Assembly (NCBI RefSeq): GCF_035084215.1
Contig: NC_090342.1
Location: 18,910,001-18,974,000, forward strand
Length of the DNA: 64,000 nt
DNA from: Heptranchias perlo
Lineage: Eukaryota
Direction: 5' to 3'
Shown here: positions 34,204-46,810 of the stretch, piece by piece
How positions within the stretch are numbered: the stretch's first letter is position 1
Layout of the letters: every line of letters begins with the position of its first letter
Translations under genes and position numbers: made by a program
Notes under the pieces: generated by a model
What the model was told of the DNA's origin: nothing
Databases searched by the model: none
What the model saw: the letters and a program-made list of their open reading frames with translations, nothing else

Positions 34204-36104
34204 ATTAGCTGCACTATATCTCCAGCCTAATGCAAAGCCACATTTTAAAAGTGCCCCGGCAGTCCATTGGACCGTAAACTTAATGTTAGGAGAAAGTGAA
34301 TGCTTCCCCAGCATTGAAAATTAGCTGCTCAGGGAACGGAGCTCTGGGCTTACATTCAAGCGAACATGCAAAGTGCTCTTTTATGGCTGACCCCAGTGTG
34401 ACCCACAGCAAATGTATAGTCTGCAATGTATCTCTGGTCTGCCAACTGTACATCATACTCCACAGTTACCAATCTGAGACTGGTGGCTGCAGTACAGTTG
34501 CAGCCAAAAGAGGTAGTGATGTCAAATCAGCACCTGGATATAACAGACATCACAGCCTATGAGAAAAGGGTCATTTAGTGCTTCTATTTTTGCTTGGTTC
34601 ATTCCCTAGTGCTATGTAGTTAGGACAACTCCCAGATATTACAAACCTTCATTTTGATTCCCTCCTAAGTTCTCATTCTTTAAATTCACATTTTCCGTCC
34701 AGAATAGGGCTGGAAGGCTGCTGGTTCCATTTTTCAATTAATTCTTTATATTTTAAAGAGCTGGTATTTAATTTTATAAGCAGCTTTAATCAGCTAATGA
34801 AGGAGAGAAGAGACCAACAAATAGATTGATTAGACTGTAAAATGTCCAGAATTGGAATTGCCAGGTCATTACAAAGATGAGATAAAGGTGCTGAGAATGG
34901 CTAAGGGAAGCTGCACTTGTGGCCCATCATAGATTTTTCAACGGAGTCATTGGTATTTACTTGAAGTATCTGCAATTTATGCAGTCCATCACTCCAGCTG
35001 GAGGGAATATGATTCTTGAATTACAATCCCGTAGGACATTTTGTATTATGATGTTATCCATCTGTCACAAATCAAATGAACTCCCACAAGTTACTTGAAA
35101 CTACAACAAGCTCCACTCACCTACTGTGCTTCATAATTGACTTCCTCCCATCAGACAGTGTTCCATTTGTAAGGTACTTTTGTGGGAACTATCTTCCATC
35201 TGCCCATGAACATTAGTCTTTTTCATTAACCCTTATTTCCATATTACCATAGCATATTTTTATACTTATAATACAATCATTCATTCTTATAAGCTTTCTG
35301 AAATGGGGGAATCTTGGATGTAACTTTACAAACTGGAGTTTCAAGAATTTTTATTCATTTTCAGGATTACAATTTGAACCAAAACCCAGTAAACACAGGA
35401 ATAAATCAGTGTTAATTAGCAAATAATTCCCATTTTTTAAAATCATTGTTCTGACATACATGAATCTTTAATGATTCACATATTTTTGAAGTTAAAGTTA
35501 AAAGGTAATCTGGTAAACAGGGTACAGCAGATTTGCAAACAAATGGATTTGTTTATTTGCACATCTCTGTTCACATTTTGCTTTCTGACTGATTCCCTCT
35601 CTCAATCTTATCTGCCAGCTGGCAAATATATTGTTTAGTTTTGTGATTTAGTCTCTTCCTCATCCTACTTGGTTTTCCAAAGAATAAAGCAACAGTTCCT
35701 AAGGTCAGTTGCAATTTTAAAAAATAAAACTTTACAACCATCAACATCCTCTTAGGTTTTAATTTTAGTAAGATTATGATGGATTCTTATTGTGTGATGA
35801 CATTTCTTGTTGGCTAAATTATGTTCAAATAAATGGATAGATTTCACATCTGTACCAGTTATGTCTGCTTCAACTTTGGAAAAGTGGTGATGAACCAGAG
35901 TTATTTTGTGCTTCAGTTTTGCATTACAGAAAATGTAATTTAATATTAATATTTTATTGATGGCAAGTTATTAAAATGATTTATTGTATTATTTTTCTTC
36001 AATGAATCACCTGATAACAGTGTTATTTACTGATTATTGACAATGAATGCTTAGATTGCACAATGACTTACGCTGTGAGGAGTGCATTTTGATTTGTGCT
36101 CTAG

Positions 36105-36215
36105 ATAGCTGAACTGTTATGGAAGTTGATCGTTCATGACATCCGGTTCACCTGGGAACGATCAAGCCAACTGCAGCTCGATAACGATAAATTGGTCTGC
36201 TCTGTTTGTTTCAAG
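36105..36215 (+). CDS. Unnamed CH-CH-ankyrin protein, coding exon 3
   Basis: Phase 0 to 0; IAELLWKLIVHDIRFTWERSSQLQLDNDKLVCSVCFK supplies the CH terminal helix (L.LLW.LI); donor aag|gtacaa. Confidence 0.8.
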
Positions 36216-36729
36216 GTACAAGAGGACTATTCACACTTTCCAAGTGCTCACAGCTACACATTCAACATATTGTTACTAGACAAAAGGGATATAATCTTTT
36301 TGTTCTGGAATATCTAATCTATTCATTTTTAATGGATTTTTAAATTTGGTTCAATGAGGTTTGGAATTGCTCTTGAATATAATGTTGCAATATTTCTGTC
36401 TATTCCATCATTTTCTACTTGATACAAACTTTGTTGATGGCTTGAATCAAAATTAGTACATTTATTAAAATATCATTGCCAACAACATGCACATTACACC
36501 AAGAAAAATAGAATTTTGATACTTTTTGTCATTTTGTGGAAATCTCATATTTAAAAAAACTTTTTATATTTTACATGACAAAACATATATAAAAATAGCT
36601 TTGAAGCAATTCGCTGAATGCTGTTAAAGGCACAGTGATATATGAATCCTGTAATTACGTTATTATTTTCTGTGGTAATTGTGGAATAGTGATCCAGTTT
36701 AAGGAGATTGTGTTATGTTTTGGATTCAG

Positions 36730-36889
36730 TGGACCCCAAAGGTTCAATCACCAGAGAAGGAAAAACAACAAGCAAAAACACCTCTGTCCCTTTTTGCTGG
36801 TCTTGAAGCCTCATTAAGTGCTACAAAAAGATCTTCTGTCTCTTCTCTGATTGAATCATTATATTTGCAGGATTTTGAGCCTTTTCCAG
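36730..36889 (+). CDS. Unnamed CH-CH-ankyrin protein, coding exon 4
   Basis: Phase 0 to 1; WTPKVQSPEKEKQQAKTPLSLFAG...YLQDFEPFP; donor cag|gtaatt. Confidence 0.75.
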
Positions 36890-36989
36890 GTAATTAGTAG
36901 CAATATTAGATTTTAAGAAAGTTTACTATTTTTTTCTTGTTATTCATATTTTATTCATTGATAAATTGAAGTCTTCTTAACAAATTGAT

Positions 36990-37343
36990 GCTGGTTTTTA
37001 AAAATCCTGCTGTATTGTGCTTTATTAGAAACCGTTTGCAGCTTGTCAAAAATGCTGCAATCTGATTGTCGGAGGAGAGCGATCGATCCTCTCGCTTCTC
37101 CCCTGGATCTTAGCTTCGCTGGAGTTAACGCTGGGCTCTTCTCTGCTTCCTATAAGAGGAAGTGCCCGCAGTAAAGACCGCGGTAAGTTACTAGGTTAAT
37201 ATAAATCAATGGAGCGGCAAGCACCATTGGTTCGCCACTCAGAGCAATTTCTGGGCCGGTCATTCTCTCCCCTCGACCAACCAGATTGCAGCATTTTTGA
37301 CACGCTGTGAATGGTTTCTGCAAGCTGCAACATAAAATCCAGC
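36990..37343. mobile_element. MITE with long imperfect inverted arms
   Basis: gctggttttta...taaaatccagc ends; agaaacc...tgtcaaaaatgctgcaatctg is mirrored by cagattgcagcatttttgaca...ggtttct. Confidence 0.65.
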
Positions 37344-37647
37344 AAGTGAAAGGTACAGCACTAAAGTCATTTGTAAAAACAGTTATAGACAGCGAAAAAA
37401 AGAGAGGGTAAGAAATATTCGAATTAAATAAAAGAGACGGAAGGAAAAAGTAACAGTGGTGAACATTGTTGAGCTCACTGTTCTTTTTTAAGCAATTTCT
37501 GGGTGTGTTCAATGTCCAGGCGATAATTGGCACCAGGAGCAGAGCCTCACAAAAATTACCCTAATGCTCCTTTAAGAGAAATGCTAGTTGTCCAAAGGTT
37601 AAAAAAAGATATAAATTAATTTTTGTTTTATTCATTCTATCTCTAAG

Positions 37648-37754
37648 GTCGTGAGGTAGCTAAGGTCTTTAACAAGAAGATTCCTAAAGAAGGCTGGGAT
37701 TACTATCCTTCCGCTGTTGAATGCATTCTGGATCTCATTAATGTCCATCTACAG
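37648..37754 (+). CDS. Unnamed CH-CH-ankyrin protein, coding exon 5
   Basis: Phase 1 to 0; GREVAKVFNKKIPKEGWDYYPSAVECILDLINVHLQ (start of the second CH-like domain). Confidence 0.78.
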
Positions 37755-38368
37755 GTGCTTTTATTAAACACAGAAGGGATTGTTTTCTCATATAGTCACA
37801 GAATACAGTGTCAATACCATCACTGAATTGATATTGTAAAAAATAATTACTGTTGTAATATGAATGAGACTACAAAACTGAACATTGGTGTCCACTTTTA
37901 TAAAAAGGAAAGTTGATCCCAAGTCGATGTTAAATTGTAATAAGATTTCTCTTTTAATGTTCTTGATTATACCATTATATTAGTTGAGGCCAATTAAGGC
38001 ATTTTTTGGCAAAAATATGTGAGTTACTCATCAGTTTAAGCCTGCTCAAAAAACAGCCAAAGTCATTTTTAATTTTTATTTTTGTAGGGCCAAGGAGGTG
38101 CAGGAGTGCTCCTCCTGAGCCCACAAAAAACTCCTTCCTGCTGTCAGCCCATGCTGCTAGACTCTGCTCCTCCCATGTGCTCCCCAGTCCCTCCTCCATA
38201 ACATGACTTTTACCAAATTTATTATATGGAGTGTACCACATGCTTATGTAGCAATGGTTTGATATTGACCATATTAAAACATACATTATTGTAAATGAAC
38301 AGATATGGTATAACCAGATTCAGCACAAAAAGTTGGAGTTCACACCTGCTTTTCTGTCATTAATATAG

Positions 38369-38496
38369 ATAGCATCTGAAGGACAGAAACTCCATGTGAA
38401 AGAGCTAGCTGACTTGGTAGATAGTCATGTCTGGTGTTATCTGGTTAATTCCTTCATGCCTGGCACATTCATTGTGGAAGTACTGCCATATGACAG
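38369..38496 (+). CDS. Unnamed CH-CH-ankyrin protein, coding exon 6
   Basis: Phase 0 to 2; IASEGQKLHVKELADLVDSHVWCYLVNSFMPGTFIVEVLPYD (CH-like DL.D...C.LVN.F.PG). Confidence 0.78.
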
Positions 38497-38581
38497 GTCA
38501 GACTAGTCACTATAACTTACAGCTTGGCTTATTATTTCTCTCCACTCTTATTTTATTCTTCAAATATGATTAATTTCATAG

Positions 38582-38663
38582 ATGGACTACAAATCTTGCT
38601 TTAAAAACAATGGAAGAATTTCTTTGTACCTCAACCTCTTTTACGTCACAAGATCTTCTTGAG
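38582..38663 (+). CDS. Unnamed CH-CH-ankyrin protein, coding exon 7
   Basis: Phase 2 to 0; RWTTNLALKTMEEFLCTSTSFTSQDLLE; donor gag|gtaaca. Confidence 0.8.
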
Positions 38664-38772
38664 GTAACACATGAAAACTGTAAGGGAAAAAAGCAGAAAA
38701 CGTAATCTTTTTTATTGCTATCATTTCATGTTTTTTAAAAATTAACTTTTCATTTTTTTTTTCTTTTTAAAG

Positions 38773-38862
38773 GCAGATTCTAAGACTCTCTGTGCCTATA
38801 TGTGTTTTGTCTTTATGTGTGGCTACAAGTTCAAGCAGTCCAGAGCAGTTACAAACTGCACT
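38773..38862 (+). CDS. Unnamed CH-CH-ankyrin protein, coding exon 8
   Basis: Phase 0 to 0; ADSKTLCAYMCFVFMCGYKFKQSRAVTNCT (CH2-like D.K....Y); donor gtgagt. Confidence 0.8.
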
Positions 38863-38869
38863 GTGAGTA

Positions 38870-39500
38870 GAATCATAGAAATTAGTCATTTGGCCCATCG
38901 TGTCTGTGTGGGTTTAGTTAAAGGGCTATCTACTTTAATCCCATTTTCTTGTCCTTTCATTGTGAATTTTTATATTTTGCTTTTTCAAATACTTTTAATT
39001 ATATTCTAGTCTCTGCATCAATATCCACTTGTGATAAAGCATTCCATGTTCTAATGATCTTTAGTGTGAGACCTATCTCTTCTTAACTATTGATAATACT
39101 GAATCTATGCCGCTTATAACCAGTGGAAATGATCTTTAACAACTTACCCTGTGAAAATCTTTCATAGTTTTGAAAGCCTTTACTAGATCTTTCTGTTACT
39201 GTGAAAAAGCCCCAGTTGAGCTTTTCTTCATAACTGCAAACTCTCATTCCTTGTGTTCAAATGAATTTTTGCCATACCCTTTTTATGGCTCTGATATTCT
39301 TCCTATAGTAAGGTGCTCAGAGCTGCACACAACACTTTAACTGCAGCCTAACCAATAGCTGTACAAATTCAATGTCTTTTTTTTGCATTTATGTTCAGTG
39401 TCCATATATGTAAAAGACTCAGAATCCCATTTGCCTTTTTAACGACCTTTCCTGCCTGTACTCCAGCTCTTAAAGATCGATGTTTCTGCACCCCTACATC
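38870..39500 (-). mobile_element. Old CR1 3' fragment followed by a Harbinger-type MITE remnant (~39500-39986)
   Basis: KVVKKANGIL remnant; the MITE ends in gaatttctccccc like the 80-712 element. Confidence 0.6.
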
Positions 39501-40231
39501 TGACAATTTCCAGCCGGCTCCAACGCCAAGCTGGCCTGCTGAAAGGTCCTGGGGGACGGGGGAGGGGGTATGGGGGATGGGGGAGGTGAAGTCCAGGGGG
39601 GTGAGCCCAGGCCAGCAATGGCCCACATTACTTTTGTAGAACCAGCAGGAGCACTCCTGCATCTTTTGGATCCACAAAACTATAACTTTGAAAAAGTCTC
39701 ATGGCCATTTTTTGAGCGGCCTTCAGAGGTCCCTTTACGGACAGCTGGTTAGGCTCCTTAAGACCTGGTACAACTAGGCTGAGCCAATGTGGCACAAGCA
39801 TTGGGTTCATATAACCGCAATAGGACCCCGATTTGCATAGTAAAGCGTCCCTCAATATGGCATCAGGCAGGCCTTGGGCATCACTGGGGCAGCCGTGGTG
39901 CCCACCCTGTCCCACCCCAATTTTTAACTCCTGGCTGTCCGTTTTTCAGGCGCAAAATGGATGGCTGCGAGTAGAATTTCTCCCCCTATTAATCTTATGC
40001 CGGGAATTTCCTCTGGGTTCTCCCGATCGGCTGCTTTAGCTTTGGTGGAAATGCCGGGTAGACATATAAATGGGATCTGTATGAATCGTCATTAGGATGA
40101 CCCTACCCCCCCAGGAGATACCCAGCTTTTCTTTTTAGTGATTGAGCACAACTTGATTAACACTGTAAACATACTTCATACAAGTAATGGAAACTAAACA
40201 AATTTAAAAGAAACATAATAAATAATACTTA

Positions 40232-41203
40232 TAAGACCATAAGAGATAGGAGCAGGAGTAGGCCATTCGGCCCCTCGAGCCTGCTCTGCCATTCAATGAG
40301 ATCATGGCTGATCTGATTTTTACCTCAACTCCACTTTCCCGCCCATTCCCCATATCCTTTGACTCCCTTGCTGATCAAAAATTTGTCTAACTCAGCCTTG
40401 AATGTATTCAATGACTCAGCCTCCACAGCTTTTTGGGGTAAAGAATTCCAAAGATTCATGACCCTCTAGGAGAAGAAATTCCTCCTCATTTCCATCTTAA
40501 ACGGGCAACCCCTTATTCTGAGACTATGCCCCCTAGTTTTAGATACCCCCATAATGGGTAACATCCTCTCAGCATCTACCCTATCAAGTCCCCTCAGAAT
40601 CGTGTATGTTTCAATAAGATCTCCTCTCATTCTTCTAAACTCCAATGAGTATAGACCCAACCTGTTCAATCTTTCCTCATAAGACAACCCTTCCATACCC
40701 GGAATCAACCTAGTGAACCTTCTCTGAACTGCCTCCAATGCAAGTATGTCCTTCCTTAAATAAGGGCACCAGAACTGTACGCAGTACTCCAGGTGTGGTC
40801 TCACCAGCACCCTGTACAGTTGTAGCATGACTTCCCTGCTTTTATACTCCATCCCCCTAGAAATAAAGGCCAATATTCCGTTTGCCTTCCGGATTACCTG
40901 CTGCACCTGTATGTTGACTTTTTGTGTTTCATGTACAAGGACACCCAGATTCCTCTGTACCGCAGCATTTTGTAGTATTTCTCCATTCAAATGATATTTT
41001 GCTTTTTTATTTTTCCTCCCAAAGTGGATGACTTCACATTTTCCCACATTATATTCCATCTGCCAAATTTTTGCCCATTCGCTTAACCTGTCAATATCTC
41101 TTTACAGACACTTTGTGTCCTCATCGCAACTTGCTTTTCCACCTATCTTTGTATCATCAGCAAATTTGGCCACAAGACACTCTGTTCCTTCATCCAAGTC
41201 ATT
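40232..41203 (-). mobile_element. 5'-truncated CR1
   Basis: 197-aa ORF 40466-41059 (KCEVIHFG...RPHLEYCVQFW...MRGDLIETY); (taagacca)n tail. Confidence 0.9.
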
Positions 41204-41639
41204 GGTAAAGTCCCTTATTATGTTGAAATGTTTCAAATCATTTCACACAATGAATTACTTGTGAAATGCAGTGACTGTTGTCATGTAAGGAAATGCAACA
41301 GCCATTGCGCACCAGAAGCATCGCACACAGGGCAGTGGGAGAATTTCCCGCTCGTCTTTGAATAGCGTTTAACATTAAGGCTGAGACATAAGAACTGGTA
41401 CATGTCGTTGTCTCCAAAGTGCAACATTCTCTCAGTACGGCATAGGCATGTCAGCCTAGGTTGGGCACTCAATTCCTATATGGAAGCTTGAACCCACATC
41501 CTTCTAACAGAGGTAAAGGTACATTCAATTAAATCAAGATGACAATGGAAACCTTGGATATGAGCATTAGATTAAGGAATTCAGTGTGCTGTGTTTGTTG
41601 AGCTGTTTTTGGAATAAATTACTTTTTCCTTTGTATCAG

Positions 41640-41766
41640 AGAGAGATGTACCTTTCAATGAATAAGTTAGACTCACAACTGAAAACCTTCACTGTCCAAG
41701 CCCTGGAGCCAGATCAGTCTACTCAAAGGAGCGAGTTACAGAAGAAGCTGGAAGCAACTAAGAATG
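41640..41766 (+). CDS. Unnamed CH-CH-ankyrin protein, coding exon 9
   Basis: Phase 0 to 1; REMYLSMNKLDSQLKTFTVQALEPDQSTQRSELQKKLEATKN (coiled-coil-like); donor g|gtaaat. Confidence 0.78.
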
Positions 41767-42527
41767 GTAAATGGACTGTCCATTTACATCATAAAAGCAC
41801 AAACTGCATACTGTTCATCTTGTATATATCATTTTTGTGTACAGTATTATCTGCCGTTGTAGACTTTTATTCTGAGTTCTCAATAGTACAAAATAGGCAA
41901 ATTGAATTAAAAGGATTTGTAATTGTCAGACAGAGAAGTGTGAGGACTTGTGTATAGATTTGTTTAGCTGTGTATGTTATGATGTTTAGATTGTACAGTT
42001 CTTTGAGCATTATGCTAGATGACCATCTGCATGATTCTATGCCAATGCTGCTCAAAGTAAAAGTATGGAATTTATAACATTTGATATATGAAGTGAAGCA
42101 TGGATAAATAATATATAATTTGCCTTGCATATAGCGCATAGTTTCTGTAACACTTTCCCTCAGGCTTATTGTTCCCATATGACTGGCTCCACCTCTGTAG
42201 ATTCTCAGCTCCCAAAATATGTCTCCAAGGTGGGCGATGCTATTCTTCACAACACAACCCACTTGATCCCTGTGAAAATTGGTCCTCTTGCCTGACACAA
42301 GCTGCTCAGAGGCTCTCTTCAAATTATGACCAGATTTTCAGGCTCAACAGGAAACAAAATCATTTTTCTGGTGTTTTATTACAATTTTTGAGGATTTAAA
42401 AAAAAAATTTCCAGGCCAATATGTTGTACAATACATTGCATAGAATAGCATATCTGCTTACTGTCCATGGGCAATGGCACAGGAAATCCGCTGGTATTGA
42501 ATTAAAAATTAACCATTTGTGTTGCAG

Positions 42528-42666
42528 AGCTGAGCTGGCTTCATGCCTCATATGACGTGCCATTCTGTCAGAGTTGGAGTGAGCACGCCTACAAGATACA
42601 AAAACAGACCAAGGAGACTATTTCTCAGAAATTGACAGAGCGGTTTGAGACAGTTATTGTACCGAG
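42528..42666 (+). CDS. Unnamed CH-CH-ankyrin protein, coding exon 10
   Basis: Phase 1 to 2; ELSWLHASYDVPFCQSWSEHAYKIQKQTKETISQKLTERFETVIVP; donor ag|gtaatg. Confidence 0.8.
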
Positions 42667-43329
42667 GTAATGAATTACAAACTCAAAACAGTATTTTTTT
42701 GCTTTTCCTTCTACAATTAAAGTGTTTTCCCGATCCTTGATAGCTTACAGATGAGTTCATTCATTCACATACTGCAATTTGTTTATTATGTTGTGATGTT
42801 TACGATTTACAGAATGGAAATTCTGTGACCTACTCACTCATATAAACAATCTCTGTTATGGATGAGTACCTCCTCAAAATGAAAGTTTTGCATTGCATAT
42901 GTGCAAAAGCATCCTCCTATGCAGCAGTTGTTGATTTTATGGATTTTAATGGGCCAATGTCAACCCACTGTCTGGTTCAGTTCCCCTCTCACCCACCTGA
43001 GATGCTGCCACCTACATGATGTACAACACCAATCATCAATCCATTCCTTCATACAGAAATTCTGCCCCACTTTCTTGATGCTTCCCTATCTGAAGTGGCA
43101 GCAGCTCTGATTCACACCACAACAGCAAGGGACAGAATTTCCTGATCTTGCAAGAGTATGGAGTGGGCAGTTTATTGAAGTTGCAAAATTACTTTCTTGT
43201 GTCATTTGTCTACGTATCTTGTTTGCAAATGAGCTAGCACTGTTACCAGTAAAAGAGCAGTTTGGAAATTGGCTATAAGTTCCCCATCAAGGGAATGTGT
43301 GGGAAGGGGATGAAAAGAAATAAGGTTAG

Positions 43330-44076
43330 TAGAAATAAAAACAGAAAATGCTGGAAATACTCAGCAGGTCAGGCAGCAGCTGTGGACAGTAAAACAGAGT
43401 TAATGTTTCAGGTCACTGGCCTTTCATCAGAAATGGAAGAAGTAAAGATTTAACAGTTTTTAAGCAAGCAGAGCAAGGGAAAGGAGGGTGAGAGGGGAAG
43501 GAAGGAAAGAACAAAGGGGAAAGTCTGTGACAGGGTGGAGAGCAGGAGTGATCTTATAGAAGTCTATAAAATAATGAGGGGCATAGATAAGGTAGATAGT
43601 CAAAATCTTTTCCCAAAGGTAGGGGAGTCTATAACGAGGGGGCATAGATTTAAGGTGAGAGGGGAGAGATACAAAAGGGTCCAGAGGGGCAATTTTTTCA
43701 CTCAAAGGGTGGCGAGTGTCTGGAACGAGCTGCCAGAGGCAGTAGTAGAGGCGGGTACAATTTTGTCTTTTAAAAAGCATTTGGACAGTTACCTGGGTAA
43801 GATGGGTATAGAGGGATATGGGCCAAGTGCAGGCAATTGGGACTAGCTTAGTGGTATAAACTGGGTGACATGGACATGTTGGGCCGAAGGGCCTGTTTCC
43901 ATGTTGTAAACTTCTATGATTCTATAAATAACTAAAGGGATGATAGTGCAATGCAAAAGGGTGGTAATGGGACAAGTAAAGAAACAAAAGATGGGTCTAG
44001 AGTAGCTGTAAATGGCAACATCAGAACCATTACCAGCACCTACTGTTTGAAAAAATGGGAGCAGTGGTTCTGATCA
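43330..44076 (-). mobile_element. Second Penelope-like family remnant with a degenerate hammerhead (~43398-43434), interrupted by a CR1 copy
   Basis: Minus strand CUGAUGA a agg-ccaguga-ccu GAAA cauuaacu followed by gctgcctgacctgctgagtatttccagcattttc; related fragment at ~48000-48096. Confidence 0.55.
43547..43925 (+). mobile_element. 5'-truncated copy of the same CR1 subfamily as 23841-28575
   Basis: Nearly identical to 28195-28575. Confidence 0.93.
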
Positions 44077-46663
44077 TAACTAGAGCTTCATTAACTAGGT
44101 CAATTCTATTTAAATTGCATTTAAAGTGTTTTTTGTGTGATTTCTCAACCTTTACAATGGGTTCGTGCAAATCACTCAACACATTACATGGAGCGGGCAT
44201 GAAGGAAACCCCATGGTAGATTTTCAACTTGCTGCCCAGACATAAAAATGGCATTTCAGATTGGCTGCCTGTTATAGAAACAGCCCGATTTTCATTTTCA
44301 TTAAGGAGGTCTTAAAGGGGCAGAAGCTCTTTTGTGGGACTTCTTTTCAAAAGTTCTTATCAAGGTGTGGGTTGTTGCTGCTGAGGAATGAAACTTTTCC
44401 AATTTCAGGCACCCAGTGTCAGCATCAAGCACTCCCAGGCCAGGTGTAGCATCATCAAATGCAGAGTAAAGCTCCCTCTATTGTGAGACAACTAGGTTTC
44501 TCAGCCCCACCCCTGAAAAGCATTCCCCATTGATCCAGGATGACATTTATTCCATTTCTTTTGTAGGATTTTTATGCTTCCTTTGTATTTTTAGGGTGGT
44601 TGGTTAAGAACGTAAATAAAATATTAATATTAACACAAAATCACTGAAAAGCCAACTGCAAATGAAGCATTTGCAAAAGTGCAGCAAAAGATGTCAAAGA
44701 GGGGATCTGAAAAATGATTCTTAGAATACAAACTTAGCTCAAGGAGTGACAAGGTATCTAACTGCAAGTTATAGAGCTCATACCAGTTGGCACTCAATTT
44801 AAAATTAATGATGGGGTGACTTTTAAAGTGCTCCAATCACCATATTTAATGACAGATAGTACAAAATGAAGGATGGCAAGGCAGGGAGATATTTGGCAGC
44901 AACAGCCCCTGACAATGACCAAGAAGAACTACCTCTATAATTTCTGGTCACCTGGAAGGCAGTTACCAAGCTGTGAGATTTGGTGCAAGGATAACCGCAG
45001 CCTACCTGCAAAATACGAATACCACTGGCAGTCACAATCAGTCTCAACTCTACAGTTTTCTAACTCTCCTAGAGTAGCATAGGGATTATTTGCAGTATAA
45101 CGGTCAATTTGTTACCCACAGATGTATCAAACAAGTTATTGATGCATTGGTTAGCATGGCAAACACTTTCAGCTTCTTTCTAACTTTTATTTGGCCTGCA
45201 AGAATAGTCTGGCAACCATCATTTTGCTGCCTTTCACATTTGCCCTACAGTAATTTTGGGCGACTTGAAAAATGTTCCCCTTTATATGTGGCCGATTAGC
45301 TATTAAGTGGCCACAGCCCTTCACTGACTGCAGTAAACCTGGAAATGTTGTCCTCTTGTTGTGAAAATTGTCAGCAGGGTGCTACGAATGTGTAATTAAG
45401 GCTGGCCCTGGACATTGCAATGGGGCCAGTCGTGTGCAGCATGTAAGGATGCAAAGTTCCCAGCACAACATTTACACAAAGTGGCATCAACTTTGAAAAA
45501 TTAGTCCCATAAATTGGAGCCATTTGAATCAAAGAACTAAAAAAATAGCAGTCCACATGTTTAAAATTGAGTAGAGTGGGATGATATTTTCATGCATTGA
45601 ATAGGGATTTCTTTTCAACAGTTTTTTTTTTAAATGCCAGTGCCTAATTTCATGATGGAGAGAAAATTGAAGGGTGAGTAAACTTGAATTGCTGTTGTGT
45701 GTCTCCCAGCAGCTGGTTATTAAGCACCATTGGCAGAAGCCTGGAAATTGTTTTTAGCCTCCCCTCCCACCCTCCAAGCATGTGTTGTGTGGAGAGGTAA
45801 GGAGGAATTAGAAGAATATGCTGATAGGGTTAGATGAAGTAGGGAGGGAGGAGCGTAACCCCCGAATGGACCTGTTGGGCCAAATGGCCTGTTTCTGTGC
45901 TGTAAATTCTATGTAATTCTAAAAGCAATACATTGAAAAAAGAAATTAAAATATAAACATTGCAATGATCAAACATTTAAAATAAATCATGAAGAAAATA
46001 ATGCTATTATTCAACAAAAATTAATAAATAAAAAAAGAATATACCTTTAAAAAGTTCTACGATACAATAGCAGAACACTCGTGCAGTGGGAATGACAGCC
46101 TGCACCACAAGATGGTGCTGTTTTACACTCCAATACTATTATCCCCCATTCTTTTGATATTCTTGTTTGCAATTCTTTTTACAAATAAGAACAATAACAA
46201 CATCGCTCTGTATAAATGGTGTAGTTATACGGCACCAATAGTGGAATCAATGATGTGTTCTCGGTGGCTTGAAGACCCCATTTGCTAAATTCTAATCTCA
46301 ACTGTGTCACTATAAAGAGACAACAAGCATAAGGCAACAGACACATCTTCAATAGGCTGGTAAAATCAGAGGAAATATTAAACTAAGCACCGGCAGAGCC
46401 ATTAGTCATGACCACTGGTTAGAGGAAAAGATCTTTCTACACTAGGTGCAGATTTAGAATGCAGAATTTGATATAAATCAAATATTCCACATAAGGTATT
46501 GCCAAACTCAAGACAACTGAAGACATTCATGGAAACAGTCATACATAAAATGTGAAAAAGAAAGGCTGTCACCACATGGGTTTTGCCCAGCAAATTGTCT
46601 AAACTCTCCCCCACTTGTGTACTCATTTTACCCCTGACATGCATAAAATGAATGAAGGAAACA

Positions 46664-46810
46664 CGGTCCGGGAGTTTACTCGGAGCTGCTCCCGCTCCAC
46701 CGCCGTCACTTCTCCAGGAGTATGGTGGGAACCCCATATACGCCGGTAATCGGGGTTTCTGCCGACGTTATGGCGATGGAGCGGTAGCTGCTCCGAGGTA
46801 ATTGCTGGTC
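46664..46810. mobile_element. Short palindromic MITE
   Basis: ctcggagctgctcccgctccaccgcc is mirrored by ggcgatggagcggtagctgctccgag. Confidence 0.6.

Noticed and set aside
44595-44753. AG/GT-bounded candidate exon in the large intron
   Set aside because: Stop codon after four codons in the required phase; coding exons 10 and 11 join in frame without it
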